The position numbers and the translations under genes are program-made. DNA of 23,950 bases from Piedraia hortae CBS 480.64. Taxonomy: Eukaryota. The notes beneath the pieces are model-generated. The model made no database searches. It was not told the DNA's origin and was given only the letters and a program-made list of their open reading frames with translations. The DNA lies in contig MU006018.1 of assembly GCA_010093745.1 (NCBI GenBank), forward strand, positions 62,001 through 85,950, written 5' to 3'. Shown here piece by piece: positions 1 through 9,938 of the stretch (position 1 is its first letter; each line of letters begins with the position of its first letter).

Positions 1-141
1 TTTCATGAGGTCTTGGAGCGGAGGCGTTTGGTGTCGGTATGAGCGTTGATATATGGATAGAATCTTAGTAAGGACAGGGTATGACGATAAATATAAAACA
101 GAAGGCGAAAAGTCGACCAGCTAACAATGAATGCATCAGGG

Positions 142-1176
142 CTAACCATGGGCAATGTCTCCATGTTCCGTTTTCCTTCGCTCTATGACTTTTTGGACGG
201 CATTTTTTACCTCTGGGCTGTTCCTGACAGTATTTTCCACAAGCCAATCTTTCATCCCGTTTCTCAAGTCTAATAGGTCACCGTCGGCACTCGCCAGAGA
301 CGTGAGCTCCAGGCCGAGCAATCGTGATGTCTCTTCTTGAGCCGCACGCACCAGGGCATCCACGCTGTCCAGTAGTTGGGGAGAGACGGTTTCATCGTGC
401 GTCTGCGAGGGATCCCGAAACATGGACCCCAGCTGTGATATCGCAGCAGAGACGGTGAATGCAACCTTTCGAAAGAGAACCAACACCTGGAATGGTAAAT
501 GTGCCCCGGTGAAAGCCATGGCTGACATAAGAGCCGGATTTGCCGGGCGCGTAACTGTGTAAAGCTCTACCACAAACAAAGCCGCCATGATGAAGAAATG
601 CCAGAAACGACCTTGGGTGAGGTAACCCAACATGCCGAGTAAAGCCAGCACAACTCCACTGGACACATATTGAATGACGGTGCGTTGCAGGCCTTGCATT
701 ACAAAATCACGTATAGTCTTGCAATGGGTCCACTCCACAACTTCTGGACCGAATCGATCGTACGCAAATCTCTTAGCTGGGTCTACTAGGACTTCTTTTG
801 CGGCCTGAAGCGCAATGTAGGTTGCTTTTGAACTTTCTCGTTTGCTAGGAGGGACTTTATCGGGGTGGAATTGGATTGTCAGCCTCCGGAACCGGTTTTG
901 GATCCACTTTTCTGTGGACGAGGGTAAGACGCCAAGGGATTTGTAGAAATCTCCGGTCCTTTGGAGTTGGTAGCTTGCTTCATAGAGGGTATATGCCAGA
1001 TATGCCACGATGACAGCTGCATGGATGTTCTTGCGGTCCTCATTATAGCGTTTCGAGCCAGGTCGAGGTTTGGGGTCTCCAGCCCGAATGAAAATAGTGT
1101 AAAGCGCCGATTGGACATATCCGGTGACCAGCCCTGGCAAAAAGTACCAGCCCACAAAGGACAAGAGGTCTGCCAT
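142..1176 (-). CDS. Membrane-associated DnaJ (J-domain) co-chaperone, 344 aa, intronless
   Basis: Starts MADLLSFVGW (ATG 1176). J domain DFYKSLGV...FRRLTIQFHPDK...VLVDPAKRFAYDRFG has an intact HPD motif and is flanked by hydrophobic TM segments. Confidence 0.88.
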   Translation of the reverse strand: MADLLSFVGWYFLPGLVTGYVQSALYTIFIRAGDPKPRPGSKRYNEDRKNIHAAVIVAYLAYTLYEASYQLQRTGDFYKSLGVLPSSTEKWIQNRFRRLTIQFHPDKVPPSKRESSKATYIALQAAKEVLVDPAKRFAYDRFGPEVVEWTHCKTIRDFVMQGLQRTVIQYVSSGVVLALLGMLGYLTQGRFWHFFIMAALFVVELYTVTRPANPALMSAMAFTGAHLPFQVLVLFRKVAFTVSAAISQLGSMFRDPSQTHDETVSPQLLDSVDALVRAAQEETSRLLGLELTSLASADGDLLDLRNGMKDWLVENTVRNSPEVKNAVQKVIERRKTEHGDIAHG

Positions 1177-1352
1177 GGCAGGACTCGTTGTCTTGGGGCC
1201 AGCACAGGAAAAGGTGAGGTCTAAACATGTCACGTGTCAGATCTGTCAGGCCATCCAGATGCAGATTAGCGCCGTCGTGTCATATTGGCGGCCCGACCCG
1301 ACAACGTCCGCCTTTTCCTTCCCGTGCATTGAGGTCTTCTGCGGAGACAAAC

Positions 1353-3338
1353 ATGCGCCTCCGTCTGAGAATCCATCGGCATGGGCTCCCAACAGTGTCT
1401 ACACTTTGGCCTGTTGAAGATGTTCAGCTAATGCACACAACCTCCCAGTTACTGGAGAATGTCAATCAAACGTTTCCACTAGAGGGTGACGACTGGGGTT
1501 ACGAGCACTACACGGTCACTATTGGTGGGTTCGAATGCTTGCACTACCAAATCATAGACAAAGTATTTCGTGATGAGGATGAAGTTGTCATTCGCCCACT
1601 AGAGTATGTTGAGCGTAGGGAACGGCAATTGGCCGGCAGAGATCAGATCAGCCAGGATGGAAGGCACCTGGTTGATGGGATTCCATGGGGAAAACCCAAC
1701 ATCAGGGGCGTCCAAAGGCCCGAAGTACGCATCTCGCCGCTGAAGAAAAGGAAGCTGGAGGATGACGGAGCCGAATATAATGGTGCACCCCTAATGTCTG
1801 ACGGTTCGGATGAGAGTTCAGATGAAGACTGGAAGGATGATGGATCAAGTGCATCTAGTGAAGTGGCATTGTTGAATGAACGCACTGAAGAGTACGGCGA
1901 GGATTCTGCCAGCGATTCGAGCTCATTCGATGGCCTTAGTGATGTAGCTCCCTCGGATCCACCCAAATTAATCAAGCCCTCCAAGAGTGCTGTTGATGAC
2001 TCTAACTCTACGAGTGACAAAAGCTTTGAGGAATGCCCTGAGGTGGTAGCAGGCGCAGCTTCTGTGCATGAGTCAAACCAATCCAGCTCCTCAAGCAGTA
2101 CAAGCGACTCTGACTTTAGTGAATCTGATAGTGAATCCAGCGATTCTGAAAGTGAGTCTAGTGTTGTTCCTAGCAGCTCTAGCGAGTCTGAGAGCGATGC
2201 AAGCTCTTCAGAGCCCGTGAAAGAGGCAGCCAGCCCTCTCTCAAAAGAGCCAAGCACTGGAATTCCTTTCCAAGGAAAGGCAGAGACAAAGCTACGCAAC
2301 CGACGCCGGACTGAAGCAAAGCAACTCAAGAAATTGCAGAGCTGTGGTATTCTTCCCCCAACTGCGACATTCGAAACTTTGCGGCAGTATCTCGCCGGCA
2401 AGACCTCAAAGCCCGAAACCATTCAGGAGAAAGAGAAAGAACCGGCTCAAGAGACCTTGGACGTTAAACGCAAACGTCTGATTGACCAAATCCACTCGGG
2501 TGGCGTCCAAGTCGATAGCGGCTACCCGCAGATACCGGCAGAGCTTGTACCACCGGCTGTTCGTCGGGCAAAAGCGCAGCCTGCTCCTGCCAGAGGAACG
2601 TCTCTGGGCGTTTGCGGTAAACGAAAGGCATCAAAGATGACGGATGAAGAGGACACCACGCAGCCAAAAGTCAAGGATGCAAAGACACCCATTGAAGCTG
2701 GCGAATCTTGGCGAGATAGGCTCGAAGTCAGCGCTGTCGAATGTTGTGATGAGGGAATCACATTGAGTGCGCCCCCGTTTCCGTTCTGCCAGTCTTGGGA
2801 ATATGCTGGTCGTAAAAAGAAGAGAAAGGTAGGTGCCAGGGCGAGTAACAACAGCACGAGTGCACCGATTGAGTATTACGAGAAATACAACCCGAATGGA
2901 AATGATGCCCTCGACTATGATGGAGAGATGACTGCAGAACCCGGTGCCGCTTCCTTCCTGCTGAACGAAAGTAGTTGTGACACAGCAGCTGAACAGGATG
3001 ATGTTTTCCCAGAGATACCACCAGTTGTGTCAGAGTTAGCATCGCTGTCCGAGACCGAGGCGGGTATAAACGATATAATCGTTTTCAAAGACCTCAGTGT
3101 CTCAGCAGCGACTAATTGGCAGCCCAAGATTGTAATGCGTGCAGCACGGTTGAAGAGCAAAAATGAAGATGGAGCATGGGAAATTTGCCTCGCGCCGCAG
3201 CAGGTTGAGCGAAAGTATGATGACAGTGGGAATCGGATTTACGACAAGTTTGAAACTGAATTTGAAGAAGAGACCGAAAGAACTGTGAGGTGGAATGGCC
3301 TTTTCGATGTCAGGCTGCTGCAGAAGGGACAAGAGTGA
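1353..3338 (+). CDS. Conserved fungal protein of unknown function (MRLRLRIHRHGLP N-terminus), coilin-like architecture, 661 aa
   Basis: Long intronless ORF from ATG 1353. Globular N-terminal ~110 aa, Ser/Asp/Glu-rich disordered middle with basic NLS-like clusters (LKKRK, RKKKRK), and a beta-rich C-terminal domain. Confidence 0.8.
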   Translation: MRLRLRIHRHGLPTVSTLWPVEDVQLMHTTSQLLENVNQTFPLEGDDWGYEHYTVTIGGFECLHYQIIDKVFRDEDEVVIRPLEYVERRERQLAGRDQISQDGRHLVDGIPWGKPNIRGVQRPEVRISPLKKRKLEDDGAEYNGAPLMSDGSDESSDEDWKDDGSSASSEVALLNERTEEYGEDSASDSSSFDGLSDVAPSDPPKLIKPSKSAVDDSNSTSDKSFEECPEVVAGAASVHESNQSSSSSSTSDSDFSESDSESSDSESESSVVPSSSSESESDASSSEPVKEAASPLSKEPSTGIPFQGKAETKLRNRRRTEAKQLKKLQSCGILPPTATFETLRQYLAGKTSKPETIQEKEKEPAQETLDVKRKRLIDQIHSGGVQVDSGYPQIPAELVPPAVRRAKAQPAPARGTSLGVCGKRKASKMTDEEDTTQPKVKDAKTPIEAGESWRDRLEVSAVECCDEGITLSAPPFPFCQSWEYAGRKKKRKVGARASNNSTSAPIEYYEKYNPNGNDALDYDGEMTAEPGAASFLLNESSCDTAAEQDDVFPEIPPVVSELASLSETEAGINDIIVFKDLSVSAATNWQPKIVMRAARLKSKNEDGAWEICLAPQQVERKYDDSGNRIYDKFETEFEEETERTVRWNGLFDVRLLQKGQE

Positions 3339-3562
3339 CTGTAAAGCAAATTGCTGTTGATAACTGCAACCTCGCCATCGTGCATATCAGCGGGCTTAAT
3401 CATGTATAGCTACAAGTAATCGTGTATAAAATACAGATGGAGGAATTCTAATCCTTCGTGCCTTCTGTACTCCGAGCTTAAAGACAGGACGGTTAAGTTC
3501 TAGTGTTATGTAGTATATGGTTATACAAACTCCCTTCCCCTCAAGAACTCATGTCGATGGAC

Positions 3563-3968
3563 TCATTTCCTCTTCCCTCCGCCAGCTGATGCAGTAATCT
3601 TACTTGCCGACATCAGTTCCCCAATATATCTAATAAAGCTCCGTTAGCCCCAACTGAAACCACACAAGCTAAGCAGACTTTGTAACCTACGATTGAAGAA
3701 ACTTGTTCTCCCCCCTCAATTTCTCATGTTCCAGCTTGACCGCCTCGATAGAGTCGATTAATTTCCGCAGATTTTCCTGCAGTGCTGTGGCTTGCGCAAT
3801 GAATGTTGCTCGCTCAGCATCGCTCAGCGGAGTGGTGGTTGCTGGTGCTTCTTCTTGTTCGGTTTCTTCGTTTGATGATGAGAACCATGGAGATTCTTCC
3901 TTGTTACTAGTCGGTGGAGGGGTAGAGGCTTCGCGAGGAGGATCGTTTGCCTCTACAGAGTTAGCCAT
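3563..3968 (-). CDS. Short coiled-coil protein, SCOC/Slo1 (DUF2205)-like, 114 aa; exons 3968-3691 and 3629-3563
   Basis: Intron 3690-3630 (GTAGGT...GCTAAC...TAG, 61 nt) joins KLRGENKFLQS to YIGELMSASKITASAGGGKRK*. The ENxxLxxYIxxLM motif is typical of SCOC. Confidence 0.8.
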
Positions 3969-4231
3969 TGGAAGTTATTGAGCGGATTGTGGGTAAACAT
4001 GTCAGACGGAACTCTGGGACAGGGGAATGACGCGTCAGTTCCTGCGTCAAACCTAGCCCCACCTGCCACCGACGCGGGATGTGGGGCTGCGCGCAAACAA
4101 CTCGAAACGGATGACCAGGGTCAGTTTGCGGGGGTGAACATGTACTGTACGGCATATACCCCATTCTGGCTGGATCTCGCTGTTTTGAATTAACAATCCA
4201 GTCCAATACACCCATTGCGCTTCCCTCCCGT

Positions 4232-5324
4232 CTACTGAGCATCCGACCTCCTCTTGTCTTTCTTCCTTGGCCCGTCCGAGTCGTTTCCTGCTGAGCGATG
4301 CTTCCTCTTCTTTTTCTTCTTCTTTTCCCCCTCATCGTCTGTTTTACGCTTGAGGTCCGGGCTTAAATGCTGCGTTTGCTTGTTACGTCCATAGCTTACT
4401 CCATTGTAGGCAGGTGGGCCTGGAATTGCCGTCGCTTCCCCATTTTTCCTCTTCTTGTGCCTCTTTTCCGAACTGGCCTTGGGAGGAGGAGGGGTCGAAT
4501 CATCCTCGCTGGAGCTGGAGCTGGAGCTTTCGTCACTGCTGTCATCGCCTTCGTCTTCATTTGCTTCGGTATGGAAGTCAAGCGCCGACATCGTCCCGTC
4601 GTCTGTCTTCGACTTGTACTTCTGGACTTCTCTCTCATAGTCTTTCAGCGCACGCTGGTAGGCGTCACGGTACGGCTGCTGCTCTTCCTTACTCAGCTTG
4701 TTCCAGCGCTCCGTAGCCACTTTCGAAAGATCGCCCGGCTTCTGGGGCGTGCCACCAGCGGCCGCAGCAAGCTCAATTGCAAGGGGGCCACGCATTTCCT
4801 GTAAATAGCGAAAGTAAGCTGTGAGCGGCCTCTTCGGCGCATTTGGGTCGCGTTGCTTGTATTTGCGCTTCTGCTTGGCCGGACCTTCGGGCGCATTGTT
4901 CGGGGGCACCTGAGGGACCGCATGAAGGGCCTGCTGCATGAGATGCGACGTGGTAGAAAGCTGCTCAAACGGCTGGGTCAAGAACGATACATTGAGAGTG
5001 CCATCGCCGGACAGAACGACATTGATGTGGTCCAGATACGCTTTTACGGCGCGCTCAATGGCCGACGACAAGCCCATGTAGGCCGAGTTCAACTGTGAGT
5101 GTCAGTCGGGCTCGTCAGAGTCGACGCGACAAGGTGCGACTTACCGCATCGCGTGTGCGAATCAGTTCGCCAACATCCACGCTCACCGTCTTCTTACCAG
5201 TCAGAGCGGGTGCTGGCATCTCCGGATACGGCGGCGCATGCGACGCGCCCGAAAGGAGGTGGTCGCCGCCGTAGTACGGCGGGACCTCATAGGGGAAGTT
5301 CTGGGAGAAATTGTGTTGCGCCAT
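4232..5324 (-). CDS. HMG-box protein (Hmo1/HMGB-like), 346 aa; exons 5324-5145 and 5092-4232
   Basis: Intron 5144-5093 (GTAAGT...CTGAC...CAG, 52 nt) is in frame. HMG box RDPNAPKRPLTAYFRYL...ATERWNKLSKEEQQPY, then an acidic/Ser tract and a Lys-rich tail. Confidence 0.88.
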
Positions 5325-5505
5325 CTTGGCTAATCGCGATTTGAATGGTAGTCAATGGAGTTTGATCAAAGTCAAGTGTTTGTTGGGGGGAACAAAATTC
5401 GGTGGCATTAACCGAGCGCACGGCCTAGCCAGCCCCCCGATTAATCAATTTCAGTCTAGTACAGTACATGTCCTCAACACGCCCCAACACCTTTCCTTCA
5501 CTAAT

Positions 5506-5907
5506 TCATGACTTTAGCGGCATTCCAGGTTGCGGCTGCATTGGCATTGGCTGTCCACCGTTCAGCATTTGCTGCACGTCCGGTCGGTACTTGATATCCT
5601 GGCGATATTGGCAAATGTTGCAGTGAACCTCATGCCATGGCTTCAAGCTGAAGGGGACCAGAGGAACAAAGCAAACGGTAAACCACTCCCTGTCATCCCA
5701 TCAGCATCGCGCACTACTCCACTGTAGACAAATATCCGTACCATCGAGATTCCAACTTGGCAGAATGGTTATGGCAATTTGGACATTGGACCGTGATTCC
5801 CTCGCCACCTTTGAGAGGCTTATTGAAAGCTATATCGTCAGCTGCAGCTCTTCTTTCGTATGGAGTTAGAACCTACAGTGCTGCCCGCAGGTGAAGAGGA
5901 AGAACAT
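5506..5907 (-). CDS. Small zinc-ribbon membrane protein (UPF0768/YBL029C-A-like), 100 aa; exons 5907-5877, 5829-5742, 5689-5506
   Basis: Not in the ORF track. Two canonical introns (47 and 52 nt) give MFFLFTCGQHSFNKPLKGGEGITVQCPNCHNHSAKLESRWEWFTVCFVPLVPFSLKPWHEVHCNICQYRQD..., i.e. CxxC...WFTxCFVPLVP...CxxC. Confidence 0.85.
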
Positions 5908-6066
5908 GACTACACAGGAAGTTTTTGTTGTTGGATACGACGAGAATGGAACTCTAGAGACATTTAAACCAAAAGGCGCCCGGTTACGTCATCACACCTC
6001 ATAGTGACCGTGGCGGTGGCTGTGGAGCCTTCAACTAAACGCTGTACACGACGTCATAGCTACCAT

Positions 6067-6655
6067 CTACTGTGTCTTGAATAGGAGGATGGCACAGTGG
6101 CCGAGGTAGAAGTAGATGAAGTGTTTGGTCTCTGCAACATTTGTTAGCATTTCCTTTATCAAGTGCTTGCGACATAACCAACCGTGCGTGACAAAACTTC
6201 CGAAGTTGCGTCCCACCACGCAATGCCATGTTGCTCCTTTGCGCTCGTCGAACTGTCCTACATTAGTCATGAGTGTTATCTAGCTGACTGCACACTTACA
6301 GTGCGCTTGATGTGGTGCGCAATCTCCTTGGGAAGTTGTCAGCGAATGCTGAGGCAAGCTGAGCATAACTCACCTTCTCCAGATTGTATTTATGCATTGC
6401 TTCCTGGGCTGCCAAAGGTCATTATTGACATGTCGCGGCCAGGATAAGCACAGGAATCTTACCAACTTCGACCACCTCCTGCTGCATCTCGTCGCTCTAG
6501 TATCATTAGCCATTGATACCAACAATGCAGGAACAGACAAACCATGTCGGCAGATTTGATTTGAGCTTTGCGCGTTAGCAAGCCTGGGAGACTGAGCGCG
6601 CTTACGTACCCTCTAGCTGCTTCTCCATCTTTTCGACTGGTTCCTTACTATCCAT
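6067..6655 (-). CDS. DYN2: Dynein light chain LC8 (DYN2/nudG), 99 aa; 7 exons: 6655-6610, 6565-6543, 6496-6463, 6408-6374, 6326-6300, 6252-6183, 6131-6067
   Basis: Six GT-AG introns of 44-54 nt give [99 protein letters not shown]. The [16 protein letters not shown] signature is unmistakably LC8. Confidence 0.96.
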
Positions 6656-7302
6656 TTCTCAACGCAAAGCAAGTGAAGCGTGGTGGAATCGTTCGATACG
6701 CGTCTTTGTATTTGCCAAGAATCCGGCACGTGTTACACTGCTAGATGCTGCTTCAGATTCCGCTCGCTGGATGTCCCGGCTCAACTTTGGCTTCAGATAT
6801 TGCAGCTCAATCGCACGCGTAAGCGCGTTCTGAGCAGTAAACAGATTTATTTAACTGTTTCGCTAGCGCATGACTAATCTCACCGTTCAACGACAAACCG
6901 CACATACTCGTCTTGGTCTGTCAGACTTGTGAATTGCGAACGAAACGAGCACCAGACCATTCTTCGTTGCAGTCTGATTGCTGTTCTTCGTACGACTCTT
7001 GATGGCTTGAATCGATTTTACAGCCCTGCACAGGTATGATAGGTTCGTTATATCTGGATTCACAAATTCACCAACAGCAGTGGATACGTATATTGATCAT
7101 GCATAGCGCCAGACGGTCCAATACCCTGTCTCCACCCCTCTTCTGCAATTGTTCAGCGACTGATTCACAAGTACCCTTGGTGCTGGGAGGAGGCTCAGCG
7201 GGTGGTTCCGAATACATACCTTGATTACCTGATGTGGCTAAGCGTGCGACAAGACAATTCGACCGAAACACACCGAAAAATCATTGCGCTAACAACACCA
7301 AC

Positions 7303-9573
7303 ATGGACGCTCAATCATCCCGCATCTTTGTCAATGGACTCCCACCTTCGTTCACAGAAAAGGACCTTCGAGATCATTTCGGACAGGGAGGGCGTCCCAT
7401 TACCGATGCCAAAATCTTTCCTACTCGTCGCATTGGGTTTGTGGGCTACAGGTCTCCTGAGGCTGCCCAAGAGGCAGTCAAACATTTCAACCGAAATTTC
7501 ATTCGCTTATCCAGAATAAGCGTTGAGATTGCGCGGCCCGTACACCAACAAAAGTCCGAGGCTCCCCCGGTGGTCCCTGAGCAAGCACCCGAAGAAACGA
7601 AAGACTTGAAGCGGAAACGGGAAGATGACACAAAGCTTAAGGAATTCCTGGAGACTATGCGCTCGAACAAAAAGACGCAAACAACCTGGGGTGAGGACAC
7701 CCTTGCGATTGAAGAAGAAGCACCGGTTAAAGATTTAAGCGATGATGAATACGAGGACTTGCCAGGCCGGGGGGGGAAGAGCGAAGCAACTGGCGTTGAC
7801 AAAGCGCCAGTAGATACAAGTGATGACGAATCCGAGGCAGAAGATGGTGATTCTGGGGCCCGGAGTAATAGCGAAAAGGTCCGAAAATCGATGCGGTTAT
7901 TCGTCCGTAACCTCCCCTACGACCTCAAGCCTAACGACTTGGTGGCTTACTTTAACCCAGTTGGAGACTTGGAGGAAGTAAGTTGATTTCATTCTCTAGT
8001 TCTCGTGATGAATATCCTGATAGGGACATCTGATCATTTGCAATGATGTGACCAGGGAGAGTATTTTAGTAGATGCATCTCTGTCTGACGAGTTTCAATG
8101 GGCATTGTCATACTGGTTCTGAGGAAGCAGCTAACTTCTTAGGTCCATGTACCCCTAGATCGGAAGACGTCCAAGCCGAAAGGCTTTGCGTTTGCGCAGT
8201 TCAATAGACCCCGTGCTGCAGAAGAAGCGCTGAAGACGTACGACGGTCAGACCTTCCAGGGAAGGCTGCTACACATCGTACCCGCCAGAGCAAAGCGGGG
8301 CCAGCTAGATGAGGCCGAGCTAGCCAAACTGCCTCGGAGTAAGCAGGAACTGATACGGAAGAGGCAGAAGGTAAGATCCAGTAACTTCAACTGGAACGCG
8401 CTGTACTTGAACGCAGACGCCGTGGTCACCAGCACGGCCGAACGTTTGGGCATCGCCAAGTCGGAGCTGCTGGATCCGACGAGCAGCAATGCTGCCGTCA
8501 TCCAAGCACACGCAGAAACGGAGTCGATCCGAGCGATCAAGGCTTATTTTGAAGACAATGGTGTTGATCTTCAAGCCTTCAAGCACCAGCGGAGAGGGGA
8601 TACGGCTCTTTTGATAAAGAATATTCCACATGGCTGTAGAGAGGAACTGCTGAGCTTGCTAGAGGCGCATGGAGAGATTAAGCGCTTCCTCATGCCGTCA
8701 TCTGGATTGATAGCAATAGCAGAATACGCACTTGCTGCCCAGTGCGCGAGCGCCTACAAAGCATTGGCATATAGGAGACTGAAAAACTCCATGCTGAAGC
8801 TGGAAATGGCGCCTAAAGATCTCTTTACGGGAAAAGAGGCACCAAAAGAGAAACAAAAGACGGACGTTGTGCCCGTTCCCTCTACATCAGAAACAGCATC
8901 GTTGTTTGTGCGGAACTTAAACTTCAGCACCACGTCGGCACAGCTGGAGGACACATTCCGACCATTTAGCGGCTTCTTAGCGGCACGGGTAAAGACCAAG
9001 ACTGACCCCAAGAAGCCAGGTCAAATCTTAAGCATGGGCTACGGCTTTGTGGAATTCCGGTCGGCGCAACAGGCGCGGGGGGCGCTACAGGCCATGAAGG
9101 GGTATGTGCTCCATGGCCACCATCTACAGATCCAGGAGAGCCACAAAGACGTGGCAGAGGAACGGCGCAAGGCTGATGCAGCGACGCGGCAGCAGCACAG
9201 GAAGACTAAGATCATCATTAAGAACCTGCCGTTTGAACTGGGCAAGCGTGAGGTGCGAGACCTATTTGGCAAATACGGCCAGCTGCAATCCGTGCGCATG
9301 CCCAAAAAGTTGGGAGGCGCCGCGCGAGGGTTTGCCTTTGCCAACTTTGCCACGCCCAAGGAGGCCGAAAGGGCTATGGAGGCGCTGCGCAACACGCACT
9401 TTTTGGGCCGCAAACTGGTGCTCGAGTACGCCCAAGAGGACGCCGAGGACGCCGAGACTGAGATTGAGCGCATGCAGCAGAAGATTGGAGCGCAGACGAA
9501 TAAGGTCGCGCTGCAGAAGCTGACAGGTGGTAACAGGAAACGATTTATGGCGACCGACGACACCCTTGCATGA
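7303..9573 (+). CDS. MRD1: Multiple RNA-binding domain protein 1 (40S pre-rRNA processing), ~701 aa; exons 7303-7977 and 8143-9573
   Basis: N-terminal SRIFVNGLP RRM, then RLFVRNLPY...KGFAFAQF, the FNWNALYLNADAV...AVIQAHAET linker, SLFVRNLNFST, LSMGYGFVEF, TKIIIKNLPF and THFLGRKLVLEYA: five RRMs in the Mrd1 order. Intron 7978-8142 is GTAAGT...GCTAAC...TAG. Confidence 0.93.
8002..8092 (+). ncRNA. snR64: Intronic box C/D snoRNA, snR64-like (predicted guide for the LSU rRNA 2'-O-methyl-C equivalent to yeast Cm2337)
   Basis: Terminal stem CTCG(8002)/CGAG(8089); box C GTGATGA 8005-8011; guide GATAGGGACA 8019-8028, complementary to conserved LSU TGTCCCTATC; D' CTGA 8030-8033; C' ATGATGT 8043-8049; second element TTTTAGTAGA 8064-8073; box D CTGA 8085-8088. 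Confidence 0.85.
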
Positions 9574-9855
9574 GCGTCTATTGTCATAAAATATGAAGGC
9601 TCCATTCCTGAATATAAAAGGCGATAAATTGCCTGCCGCCAAAACAGGTGCATCCCTTCCGCCGCCCTTGCACCCTCTTGGCCCGAGGAGCTTATCCGCC
9701 TTGGGGTGGGGGCAATCGGCCTTCTAATTGACCCACCTTCCGAGCAGACTTGCGCACGCAGGGAGGGATTGCGTACTGAGACATAAAAAGGGTGGGTATG
9801 TATATTCGCTCGCGTCCCAGCTAAAGCCATCACTAGCTGTCTACGATCCTTTATG

Positions 9856-9920
9856 CATTCCTCGCGCTCATTCTCACCCTCATTCACTGCCAACCATTCA
9901 TTCTAACGTTCTAACATTCT
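9856..9920 (+). promoter_or_regulatory. Cluster of TEA/AbaA response elements (CATTCY)
   Basis: CATTCC 9856 and CATTCT 9869, 9899, 9915; near matches CATTCA 9881, 9895 and CGTTCT 9907. All lie 19-83 bp upstream of the TEA gene ATG. One more CATTCC at 9603. Confidence 0.6.
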
Positions 9921-9938
9921 AACCATCACGTTCCAGCA

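Noticed and set aside
1..42. Possible 3' end of an upstream plus-strand CDS (FHEVLERRRLVSV*)
   Set aside because: Only 13 codons at the window edge, with no recognisable motif.
1643..2422. 259-aa minus-strand ORF
   Set aside because: Antisense shadow of the Ser/Glu-rich region of the 1353-3338 gene.
9039..9893. 284-aa minus-strand ORF overlapping MRD1
   Set aside because: Antisense to GC-rich MRD1 codons, has a non-ATG start and shows no domain features.
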